From the NCBI RefSeq assembly GCF_000485595.1, contig NW_014577074.1, positions 96,473 through 154,147 on the forward strand: 57,675 nucleotides of DNA, in the 5' to 3' direction. Positions 1 through 12,500 of the stretch are shown here, one piece after another; position 1 is the stretch's first letter; each line of letters starts with the position of its first letter. Below the pieces are notes generated by a model. The model did not search any database and was not told the DNA's origin. It was given only the letters and a program-made list of their open reading frames with translations. This DNA is from Priapulus caudatus. Its lineage: Eukaryota. Made by a program: the position numbers and the translations under genes.

Positions 1-96
1 CATCATCGCCATCATCATCGCCATCATCATCGCCATCATCATCGCCATCATCATCGCCATCATCATCGCCATCATCATCGCCATCAGCATCGCCAT
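1..96. repeat. 12-bp tandem repeat (CATCATCGCCAT)n
   Basis: Directly visible; runs off the window edge. Confidence 0.9.
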
Positions 97-1044
97 AGTT
101 ACGAAATAAAGACAGCGAACGAGCGCGAAATGTTGATGCAGGAATATTGACGGATTTTCGCGGTCCGTGAAGTATACGTGTATTTGTGCGTGTGCGTGCG
201 CGTGCGGGTGTGCGTGCGGGTGTATATTCGTGTTCGTCCGCACATGCGCGTGTTCGTGCGCGCATGTGTGGGTTCGTGCGCAAGTGTGCTTGTTCGTGCG
301 CCTGTGCGCTTGTTCGAGCGCGCGTGTGCGTGTTTAAGCGCGCGTGTGCTTGCTCGTGCGCGCGTGTGCGTGTTCGTGCGCGCGTGTGCGTGTTTGTGCG
401 CGCGTGTGCTTGCTCGTGCGCGCGTGTGCGTGTTTGTGCGCGCGTGTGCGTGTGTGGGCGCAGCCGTGACCCGTTTCTTCGCCGGGAGCTGCTATTCCCT
501 CCACGTCATTGCTCCCGCATGCTGCCACTATTCAGTGGAAAATTCAATTTGTAAATTTCACGCTAGCCCTTCAACAGTTGTTGTCGATCTTAATTTGAGT
601 CAACTTAAGTGCACCATTATTTTCTGATCGATAATTCAAATATACGCTAATCGTCCGCCGGCATTATGTGCTGGCAGGCCGAACTAAGCGCGCATATAAT
701 ACCCAACCTGAACCGACTCAAGTGTATCATTTTGTTTTCTATCACTATAATTGTCTCCACTTTGTGAAGGTAATTTCACGTGCTTTGTTGCAAGCAAGCG
801 TTTTCAGAGCCACGCATATTGGGAATGTGTGCAATAGAGGTAAGCCTAGTGGCGATTACCTGCACACGCATGCTCACGCACAAGATCAACTGAGTCTGTT
901 ACCTTCATGACGTATAACCTACGATCTGTGATACCTCCTCGTAGCCATACTGTACTGTACCTGCTCCATACTGTACTGCGCGTGTCCGTGCTGTACTGTG
1001 TGCTGTGTACTGTGTGTACGTCCGTGCTGTACTGCTCCGTACAT

Positions 1045-1720
1045 GTACCCGTATCAGTAGCAGTGTTATACCTGTACCTGTACCCGTATCAGTAGCAGTG
1101 TTATACCTGTACCTGTACCCGTATCAGCTTAAGCCAGGGTGTTATACCCTGTGACCCGTACCGAGTGATTCAGTAGCAGGTGTTAATACCTTGTACCTGT
1201 ACCTGTAACTCAGGGTACAGTGTTTATACCTGCTACCGCGTAACTCAGTAGTCCAGTAGCAGTGTGTATACCTGCCTACCTGTACCCGTATCAGTAGCGA
1301 GTGTTATCACCTGCTACCTGCACCGCTTTCATCAGTATCAGGTGTTATACATCTTACCTTAATGCCGCTATCAGTAGCCAGTGTCCCTATACCTTGTACC
1401 CCCGTACCAGTTATCAGCTAAGCGGTCTGTTATACCTGCTACCTGTACCTTGCTAGAATCAGTAGCCAGTGTTATACCTGTACCTGTACCCGCCTAATCA
1501 GTAGCGGCTGCCTATACCTGTACACTTGTACGGCGTGTCAGTACCGGTGTCGTTTCCTCAACGTCCCGTACCAGCCAGCTGCTACGTGGCACCGTTACCT
1601 CTACCTGCTACCCGTACTTTGTACCTGTTAGGCTTAAGATATAATCCCGTACATGTGGCTGTATATTGTACGCTAAACCTGCTACCCGTACGATGTGGAT
1701 GTATGTGTACTTAGTACCTG
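1045..1720. repeat. 35-bp minisatellite TACCCGTATCAGTAGCAGTGTTATACCTGTACCTG, increasingly degenerate
   Basis: Exact unit starts at 1046 and 1081, then indel-rich copies. Confidence 0.85.
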
Positions 1721-3178
1721 TACGTGTTTTATCCACGCATGGACCCGCTATGTGTAGATGATGCCGTTACCTGCAGCTGTTACGTGTATCTGTGGCCCGC
1801 ACATGTACATGTACTGTACATTTACTCTCTCTGTCTGTCACTGTAGCTCTCGGAACACAGAACAGCCTATGCAGAGTGGCCGCCTATTCGTGATATCCCA
1901 TGATCGACCCTCAGTACGCAACAGTAGAGCAGCCTATGCCTGTATTGTACACAGGCCCTATGATATCCCTATCCCACAGCTCTGCCGGGTGTCCAGCAGG
2001 TACCCGATCGCCAGAGCCACATCCCACCTTATCTGCAGCATCGAGTCCTCAATACTGTCCGCCGCCGGACCAAGTAGCCACTAAATTGCATTTCTCTAGC
2101 CACCCGATTTGCCTCATCAAGTGATTCAAATTTCGCGATGCTTGTTTGCGTCAGGCCGAGCACGCGACCTTAAAATGGCCTGAATAAAAAGATTACCACT
2201 CAGAAGACATGTGCGCGTCCGTTTCATTTCGGCGAATGCAGTGAGAGAATCACGCGAGAGAGGAGAGGGGAAGAGAGGATGAACGAAGACAAACTAGAGA
2301 TGTCCCGTTTTATTTTTGATACGGTGACGGCAGAGCAGAGAGGGAGATTAGGTAGAGATAGATATGGGTGAGTGACGAGCTTGCGAGAAAGAGGAGCGGA
2401 ATCGGAGAGAGACAGGAGAGCGGGCATAAAGGCGAAAATAGAAGGCAACCATTGGAGGCAGAACCCAGGTGATTATAGGACAGAGATAGAAACGAGAGAA
2501 CAGAGCAACGCACGCAGAGATAAGGAGAGGCTGGATGTATGCAAGCATTAAGCTGCGTCCTCCCTGAATTTCCTCGGAGCAGAGACGGCGACGTGACGCT
2601 GAAATCCATATATTAGCGTAGCACGAAAGCAAAGTTCCACGCGTGAACAGCTTGCTTCCCATCCCGTACGCCGCCATCCGGTCGTTCTACTCCTTTACCC
2701 GCACAACCCATCGTTTTTTACTTTTTAATTGCGACTACGTCACACATTTGTCTTGGTGTACAATTGTAAACATTTTGTTTGCGAATTTTTTGCCATGAAA
2801 ACAGTAAGTACTAAGCGAATTAAACTGTATCCTCAAAGTTCTTACCTGATAGCAGTTGTTTTTCAACTAGTTAAAAAATCCCAAAAAAACTGGGCCCGAT
2901 TTCGAGCTGATAGTTGCTATCACGACATTAAAGGCCTGCTATGTGATGCGTCACGAGTGTTTGCTCACATCAAACGCGAATAGCCCAAAATAGGGAAGGA
3001 TAATGCCAGCAATTTAACCATGAAAGTTATCAGAATCACTTACGTATTTTTGTGAAAAAGTGGACAATTCTTTTAATTTACTATTTACGGTGACGTAATC
3101 ACTTTAACCGCGCGCGCATCATGTCGTTTTACTCTCACGTCTGTGCATCATCCATCATTTACTCTCTCTCTCTCTTTC

Positions 3179-3179
<1 letters not shown>

Positions 3180-3249
<70 letters not shown>

Positions 3250-3257
3250 CGCACGTA

Positions 3258-3304
<47 letters not shown>

Positions 3305-3307
3305 CCA

Positions 3308-3350
<43 letters not shown>
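3180..3350. repeat. Compound (CA)n/(GCAC)n microsatellite
   Basis: Directly visible. Confidence 0.95.
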
Positions 3351-3351
<1 letters not shown>

Positions 3352-4423
3352 TTTCTTCACCTCTCTCTCTCGCTATCTCTCTCGTGCGCAGGTCTCGATT
3401 CATTATAAGGTAAAGGCAAAATACTACGGTATACCCAGTTAGCAACTGCAGCAGAACTGCGGCGCTGGAAAACAAAGTCTGCCTAGTGGAAATTTGATGC
3501 CGTCTGTTCGTTTTGTGCTCTTTCATTTACCCGGCGCTCGCAAGGCAAGTGTAACGTGGGGCTCAACACCTAATATATTACCTCTAAGCATATAAACATC
3601 AAGCGCTATAATGAAGTCGATACATCGTCGGCGCCTTCGACTACGAATGTAGAACAAATTAAACATTTTCGATGGCACAATGCAAACACGGGCCTGGTTA
3701 TATTTGATTGAAGAAGCCGGCAACAAGAGCGGGACACCCCTTCCCGCCGCCTACAAAGTTTTTTATAATGAAGTTGCAATCCCGTCGATGTTGGCAATGC
3801 AGTCTAATTCGACGCACTTTATTCTATTTCAACTGCGGAAATTTTTTGCCGCACACTGGAGAAATTAAGCGTGCAACCAGAAGAGGGAGTGTTCGTGACC
3901 CCCATCCCGCTCACAGACCGCCCGCTGGATCCGTCCCTAGCAATGTTTCACGACGAACGCATTCTGCAGGCGATCCCGAACCACTTCTGCTCATGCGCAC
4001 ATCCGATCGCCATTACTGCTGCGTCGATACCGTGGCGCCACGAATTTCCTGAACCGGACCCTAGAGGGCGCGCGCGCGTCACGCGCCGCCGTTGCCCACT
4101 GTCGCATGCGGCGCAAAACAGAATTAGCATAATAAAATGCGCCCGGATTATCGCGTAAACTGCGCCTGAACTCGTATCCAGCAGCGATATCAATCTATCA
4201 TTGCTCGCCGTCTCTGGGAATAAGTGACGAAATGACGACGGCGTATAGAAATAGTGCCACTCGCCACGATGCTTGAATTCGTAACTAACTTTAGAGGCGA
4301 ATTTCGCGAAGCGGCGACAGTTGGCGCCGCGCTGAAGGTGTTTAGTGAGCCGAGCCTCAGCGGGCCTGCCGCGAGGCGTGCGCGTTTATTTCCCCCGTAA
4401 GTTTACAACCGCTCTTCCTCCCT

Positions 4424-4462
<39 letters not shown>

Positions 4463-5754
4463 ACGCTCCCATCTTTCTCTCTCTTTCTCCCATGCTCCCA
4501 TCTCTCTCTCCCTCATACACACACGCTCCTATTTATCTTTCTTTCTTTCTCCCCCCTCCCCCCTCTCTCTCTCTCTCTCTCTGCATCTGCCTCTCCTATC
4601 TTTCTCCCGCTCCTTCTTTCGCTCTCAACCTCGCTCTTCTTTCCCTCGCCCCCTCTTTGTCTCTCTCGTCCCCTCCCTTCTTCCTATTTCGCTCTCCCTA
4701 CCTCTCCCACTTTTATCTTTCTCCCCTTCTTCTTTTCTATTCCTCCTACCATCTTTCTCTCACTCTCTCGCACTTCGTCTCTTCCAATTTCTCCATCCCC
4801 AATTTGTCCTTCTTTCTATCGTCTTTTAAATCTCCCTCTCTCGCTCACGCCAGCTTTTACAATTTTCTCCCCTCTCCCTCATCTCGTACTTGCTCTCTCC
4901 CTCCCTCCTTCCCACGCTCTCGCCTAATCGCTCGCTGCACTCCTCTTTTCTTACTCTACCTCCCATCCCTCTCTCCCTTGACCTCCAATTCAGTTGTGAG
5001 CATGAAGCATACACTCGTACGCGCATACACATGCGTGCACGCACGCACACACGCACACGCTATCCATCTCTCTCTCTCTCTCTCTCTCACTCAATCTCTC
5101 TCTGCCTGTCCTCCTCCTCCTCCTCCTCCTCCTTCTCCTCCTCCTCCTCCTCTCAATAAAACGCAGACCGTCAACAATTCCGTCTGCTCGCGCTTTCGAT
5201 GTCGGCATTTGTCTTTCATGTTTTTTTATGAAGGAATGTTTCCGGGCGAGTCTCGTTCTCCTATTTGTCAGTGCGAACATAACGGTGCTCTATAAATCAA
5301 TCGGATTCTCTATCCTTGCCGTAACTGACCTCCGCTTGGAACGCCCGTAGAATCACCATCCACTTATATACGCGCAACAAACAATTTATTACGTCAACAC
5401 GAAAGAAAACAAAATTATTTAAAAAAAAATCGTAATCTTTCAGATAAGGAAACAACTACTAAATATGAAGCGTATAACACGATAATCAGCGTAATGCGTG
5501 CGCACGGCTAATGGCTGCGCCGATAAGAGGCAAGAGACGAAAATTAGAGATATCCGCTATCTCTACTAATGGCTGCATTGGCTGGACAAGAGGCTGCGTG
5601 ACAATTAGTGCTATCTCTTTGATCAGCGCACGAGACGCGATGCTAATGAAGATCTTCACAGACGTGCCGACGGAAGCGACCGACGCGCTCCGGATTTTGT
5701 CGGAACACGCTTTCGGAAACGCAAACAAACAACGACTCTCATCTTTTAAATTAA

Positions 5755-6427
5755 AGGAATAATAGGTCCATTGATTATGCAATGTTGACGAATGCTAGAG
5801 TAACTGGCACCTTGTGTAGTTAATAAGTACATTACCTTATAGCCAAACGGGTATTAGTTTGTCCAATATCACTGCTGGTTACTAAGAAATGTCTAATTGA
5901 AATCCGCAGTCCAAAAATCAGTTGTTTACAGTTTCAAACCGCTGCCGGCGAAGCGGGTGTGATACAGATTTATAGTGCACCGGACATTTTCGCACGTATG
6001 CTCGGCCGTACGCAATGCTATCATCAGTAATTTCGTAAACATGGACGCTCGTGATAAGGAACATTTTGTCAGGGCTGTCCACGTGCGTCCGCGATTAGTA
6101 CGTGTGGTTTACTCTATTTCCATGTTTAGTCCGTGGCCGTGGTTACACTTACACCGCTGACACCTCCGTTTCATCTGGCGTCCAAAACATACGGGCCGCA
6201 CAAATGTTTACGTCATCGCTTGACTCCTGGATGACATTTACGGCACGTAAATGATACTTTGATACATATCAACAACCGATTTCAAGTCTTGTTTGAAATG
6301 TAACCAGCAGTGATATTGGTCAAACTAATACGCGTTTGGCTATAAGGTAATGTACTTATTAACTACACAGTGTGCCAGTTACTCTAGCATTCGTCAACAT
6401 TGCATAATCAATGGACCTATCATTCCT
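5755..6427. mobile_element. Kolobok-type MITE
   Basis: TTAA|AGGAAT...ATTCCT|TTAA with about 128-bp near-perfect TIRs. Confidence 0.85.
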
Positions 6428-9378
6428 TTAAGTTTATTCGCTTTCCGCCGCAGAAGGAAAACGCGCGTGCGCACGCACACGCGCACGTACACGCATCCGG
6501 ACACGTATACTAATCCGAAACGCCGTTAGCCGTATTACATCTTTGGCGGTTACGGATGGACTGCTACGTGCGGGCGCTGCAGCAGTGGATGGAGCAGTTG
6601 CGAGACACAAATAGAAAGCGCGCACGCACGCCTCTATCCATCTCTCGTGAACAAGATTTAATCAGCGGAACAGCTTGATGCGAGACCACCCAGCAGCATT
6701 ATGCCGGACGCCGTCGCAATGACGGCTCCTCGAACCGCTCGTGACCTGAACAAATTTGCATCGATCAATCAATGAGTTAATCTATCAATAAATCGATCAA
6801 TCACCGATGCATCCGAGTACTGATTAGATTCACGGCGACGTGCATGGCGGGGCGAGCTAACTGCGTATTTCTTGCATGGCGGACTAGATGAACTCGGCGT
6901 GAACGTCGAGTGGTGGTGGTGGTGGTGGTGCCGGGGGAATATCCAAGAGAACTTCATTTGCGCTGCCTAATACCTTTCCTCGTAGATGCCGATGTCTCGC
7001 CTTGCACACTCACGCGCATTTGCGCATTTACGCTGCCTTGTATTGACTCGTTTACATCACGGGCAATACTGCACAGAATTCCTCCATCCCTGCATGCAAC
7101 CATTAACCTGACACCAACGTTCCCAGCCTTAATCCTCTCGTCAAACAACACAAGTAAATTCGGCATGCGTTAGGATGTATAGATGACTGTGTAATCGAAT
7201 AATCAGTTAATGAGTAATTTGTTGATCGATCAAATGATTGATTGATGGAAACCTGCTGACAAGTGACTCTTGAACAACTCATAGCATGTTTGGTGTGTGT
7301 TGCCGTCACAAGCGCATAGTGCTGCTAACACCCGCCAGTTCAGTCTCCCTTAACGGTTGCTTTCGGTTTCACGACGCACGAACTTACCACGAAATGGCAT
7401 TTTTTATTAGGAATCGATTTCACTATTATACGAAAAGCTTCACTGTTACGCGGAAAATTTCACTACTACACGGAAGACGTCAGATTTAGACGATCCATGG
7501 TCGCGCGCGTCAGTATAACTGAAAGTAATGCGAAATACTAGGATTCAAGGTAAATAATACTACGTTACTGCCGCATTTTATTATATTTTTCACCATTCAG
7601 GGCGGTTACGACACTTCATTACTTCACTCTTTATCTGTCTCGCCGCCTTCAGAAACGCTTTCCAATCACACTACATGTATTTAAACAGGAAAATTGGATA
7701 CGCGATTTCAGCCAACAATCTGATTTCCAGCGACGCATCTATCGTGTATTCGGGCAGAATGAACTGCATACATATATACACAGCACATGACGACGCCCAG
7801 ATCTGTATTGAGGTGACACATTGACGGACGCGTGCGGGTGAAACTCGGCGATATATACATACATGTACTGTCATTGTTACACGACTTTACGAATACTTAC
7901 TACGAAGTGACAATGACATTGAATGAACATTAGACAGCACATACATGCATTGCAGATTTCAGAAACTCGGTGACAGCAATTCAGAAAAGTCTTCGAAAAC
8001 GCCGTCGGCTGCCGAATCGATGGCCCGAAGCTCTAAAAGGTTTTTTGTTTTTCCATTGCGCCAGGAGACTAATATAATGCTGCCGCCTGCAACACCCTAA
8101 TTTGCAAAATCATCATTGACAGGTGCTTTTAGCAAATCAACAAATTTCCCTACGTACGCGTGTAGAGAAGAGCTTCCAGCCAACTCTTCAACGCGATATA
8201 ATTTTACAAGAAGCGATCGCACGACGGTGTTGAACAGGTACTGTACTAGCATTGACTCGAAATGTACTTCTTTTTCCTACGCCAAGCGAAGACGCAAAAC
8301 CTTTCATTTACTTATTTTACTAAGTGCCTTCATATTTAATTTAAATACGCGCGTTCTCTCACTCTCACTCTCACTCTCCCCACTCTCGCTCTCTTGCCTC
8401 CCCCCACCCCAATTCTCTCTGTCTGCCTTTGTATCTCGCTGGCTCAACCTTGATCTCTTACATATTCTCTCTTTCTCTCTCTCGCTCTCACTCTCTCCTT
8501 CGCGCGCTCTTTTATACACACACACTCTCTCTCTCTCTAGCTTTCTCAGTCCTCTCTTATCTCTCTCGCTCTCACTCCCTCTCTATGTGCGCGTGTCATG
8601 TTTGATAACACAGCAGTTGCGCATTTGAAAAGAAGATTAAAAAACCTACACGCGCACATGAAGCACGTGGGATATCGACACAAACAACGGAGCAAGCCGT
8701 CACCCCGGCGTTGTCACCACGGCCGAGGCGACACACGCGACGTGCCACGCGCGACACAACACAATACAACACGCGCGTCGCGCGCACTCAAACCACGACC
8801 GTTCTACGCACCTCTTCTAGACTGGCTCCAGAAGTCGCTGTCTGCCGCCCAAGTTGATTCTCAACGACTCATGGAGTCAGTCTATAGCGAGTCTTCCTTA
8901 CAACGATACCGGCAACCGAAATAGGATCGACGAACTATTCTCCACCTAGACTGGCTCGAAACGTACGTCCGCGTTACGCCCACCAGGCCAAAAGCTTGTT
9001 TCCGAAAACGGCGTACAGAATCAGTCTAGGCCGAGCTGATATTTTGTTCCGATAGCAATGCTGGATCAATTATTGATCAGTGATTGATCATTCCGGGTGT
9101 ACCGCCCTCTCATCCACCCTGTCGTGTAACCCGACCCCACCCCCTCCCACGCTGCGAATGTTCCGTAAAACCCCTCGCCCTACTCATGCACGGTGATGCT
9201 TCCGTGTAACCCCTCCCTCATTCTACCACGCTGCGATGCTTCGGTGTAACTCCTTTCCCTCCTCCCGTGCTGCGACTTTTCTGTAAAACCCCTTCCTCCG
9301 TCTCTCTCTCTCTCTCTCTCTCTCTCCTGCGACGCCCCCCCCCCGCCTCAGCAGCCTCGGCGCGCGACCGGTCGCCGA

Positions 9379-9538
9379 TCACAAGGCGCAGCGTATCTTC
9401 TCGCACACGTCGGCGTTCGTCCAGTCGAGGCTGACGTCATCGAGGTGATTGTCGAAGTCGACGAGCTGCCAGTGCTGCTTGGTGGCGAGCAGGGTCGCCG
9501 TGATCGCTGCTGCCGTGCCAGCGCCCTGCACCTGCACC
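9379..9538 (-). CDS. EMC8: EMC8/9 last coding exon (VQVQGAG...LVDFDNHLDDVSLDWTNADVCEKIRCAL*)
   Basis: cgtgcag| acceptor, phase 2; 160 nt; TGA at 9379-9381. Confidence 0.92.
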
Positions 9539-12500
9539 CTGCACGATGGAAGCAAGCAAAGCTCGGCTGTAGATACATACACACATACTGAGAGAGCGAG
9601 GAGCGGGAGATGGCGAGAGCGAAGAACAGAGAGAGGGAGGAAGACAGAGAAAGAGAGGGAGGGGAGAGGGAGAGAGAGAGAGAGGGGAGAGGAGAGGGGA
9701 GAAAGAGGGAAAGAGCGAGAGAGACAGAGCGGGAGGGAGAGAGGGGGGGGGGCGAGAGAGAAGGGAAGAGAAATGGCTCAGAATCTTTGCCACAATACCC
9801 TAATCAAAGACACCTCAGCTATAAATGTCAACGTTATGCCAACTTACGTGTCAGGTGTCAATCTCTTGTATAATACTCTAGTAAAAGTAAGGAACCCTTA
9901 ACTAGAGATAATCACGTTGTAGAAGTGTCAACATTGCTAGGCTCTCAATCCGTGCTACAATACATTGATAGAGTGTTGTTACCGAGCATGGTTTTACCAC
10001 CAAAGACGTGGTGTCCCCGTTGGCACTAGCATATCATGGCATAGTGTGCCAGCTACTGGTTAGACAGGTTCCCGGTCGTTTTCACAATAATAATCTTTAA
10101 GGTACAAGTCTAACAGCACTGCCTGTTGCTACATGGCATGCTCTAATTGGTGGATACTAGATCGAATTATCATCAACTTATCGAATTATCAATTAGTCAA
10201 GGCTTATATATCCCGCAGTTTTCTTGGCGTTGCGATCACGGATATGACACCTTTAATCTCATCAGTAGCCACGTAATATCCGCGTGATAATTTAGCCCCT
10301 TTTTACGTCTTCTCCTAAGAAATTAATAATAGGATTTACTGAAAAAAATGAAGTGGAAAAAAGTAGTCAGAAGAAATACGATGAACTAAAAAAACATTAC
10401 ACAACAGTGGAATTACAAAAAATACACGTTTTTAATTAGTGTTTGATATCATTTTGATAACTAATCCCTACAACATTGCTCTCATACGACAAACTCATCC
10501 ACCCTGCACAACTAAACGAATTAAATCACAACCACTAAAATGAAGATGTCCGTATTTTTTTCATCCTCCTATGTTTTTTAACACGACGGCTATTACATTC
10601 GGAAGCAACAACAACAACAACCAACATCTCCAAAAGAAGCCATATCTCTTCTTGTTCGCCAGTAGATTATTATTGTAATATAGAAGGTGGGGTGAAATTG
10701 GGTGGTGGTGACAGATTGGTGGTGGCAACAGGTGCTGGTGGGAATGATGGTGGGTAGTGTTTGTGGGTGGGTGGGTTGGTGGTTGGGTGACTGTGTGTGG
10801 GTGCTGGTGCGTGGGTGCTGGTGTGTGGTGAATGATGCTGGCGGGTGGGTGATTGTGGGTGGGTGTTGGTGTGTGGTGCTGGTGGGTGGGTGCTGGTGTG
10901 TGGTGCATGATTGTGGGTGGGTGACGGTGTGTGGGTGCTGGTGTGTGGTGCTGGTGCGTGGTGCTGGCGGGTGGGTGGTGATGCTGGCAGGTGGGTGATT
11001 GTGGGTGGGTGCTGGTGCGTGGTGCTGGCGGGTGGGTGGTGATGCTGGCAGGTGGGTGATTGTGGGTGGGTGCTGGTGCGTGGGTGCTGGTGTGTGATGC
11101 TGGTGGGTGGGTGCTGATAGGTGCAGATCTCACGATCGAACTGGGGGGGGGGGCGCGCAAACAATCTAGTAACTCCACGTACACAATCGATCATTCGGCG
11201 TGTAGAAACCCTCTCCCGCTCTCCTCCCGTTCCCCTCCCACCTCTCCAACCACACCTGTGCTCGCATGCTGCAATTATCTGAGTCGGGCGAGGGGAAAAA
11301 ATCGCACGTTTTAATCGTCATCGGTTTTGTTAGTAGTATTTTTACTGTACGGCTCACTCGGCGCTACGCACGCCAGAGATGGCTGAACTAAGCCTGCCAC
11401 GGGATCCACTCCTACTTACCCGACTACTCTACAGGTGTTGAAGCAAGCCTGCCACAGCATCCCAACTGCTACTCCGACTACTTCTACAGATGTTGAAGCA
11501 GAGGCCTGCCACAAGGATTCCAACTCCTACTCGACTAGCTCTACAGATGTTGAATTGCACAGCCAAGCCACATGTTCCAACTCCTAACTTCCGAGCTACT
11601 TCTACATGAGGTCTGAGAGCAAGCCAGCCACAGATCCAGACTCCCTACTCCCGACTTACTTCTACAGAATGTTGAAGCAAGCCTGCCACAGGATCCCAAC
11701 TCCTACTCCCGACTACTTCTACAGATGTTGAAGCTAGCCAGCCACAGGATCCCAACTCCTACTCCCGACTACTTCTACAGATGCTGAAGCTAGCCAGCCA
11801 CAGGATCCCAACTCCTACTCCCGACTACTTCTACAGATGTTGAAGCTAGCCTGCCACAGCCTCCCAACTCCTACTCCCGACTACTTCACCCATTCCGCGC
11901 ATCGTCGGGGCCACGATAACGACGGTGAATGCAAGCAGAGAGTTCGCTCAGCGCTCTGAATGCGCCTTTCAGAGGCTGACAAGATGACAAGCGGGACTGC
12001 CGATCCCTGGACAATACCCTATTGAATCAACCTCGGGGGTAAATTAATCGAGGGGATGATAGACGCGGGTGCAGCGTGGTGCACGCACACGGAGAAGCAA
12101 AAGTAACGTCTTGCAAACTACGGGCTCATAGTGACGATCGCATGCCACGACGGTCGCATCATAGTGGCTGGGTTGGCGTGGGTCAGTAATGGTCATTCCA
12201 GGACACGCCGATACTGGTCAGTATAAATCAATACCGCTCATTGCGAGCCAACACATGATCTTACAAGCCAGTAGTGGTCACTAGAAGCACTTATTGGTCA
12301 GTAGAAGTCAGTACTGGTCAGTTAAGGAGCCAGTAATGGCTAGTAAGCGACAGTGTGGTAAATACCTTGGTACTGGTCATAATTGCTATATCTATAACGA
12401 TTGATATATTGTAATCTATCGTACGTTCGGATAGGTCTGCCCTTCAACTTGCTGGCTGTTTTTACAAGATACTGCGACTAGCGCAGCACTACTGATGAAC

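Noticed and set aside
1..96. Possible His-, Met- or Asp-rich coding repeat, with a minus-strand ATG at 96
   Set aside because: Pure 12-bp repeat cut off by the window edge; no independent coding evidence
178..627. ORFs of 122-149 aa at the window start
   Set aside because: Translations of (GT/GC)n low-complexity repeats with no domain features
4345..5295. 316-aa ORF
   Set aside because: CT-rich simple sequence that lacks stop codons by composition
10561..11194. His/Pro/Thr-rich ORFs
   Set aside because: Translation of a GT-rich minisatellite inside an intron
11390..11888. CRISPR-like array
   Set aside because: Head-to-tail 56-bp units with no unique spacers, no cas genes, and a eukaryotic context
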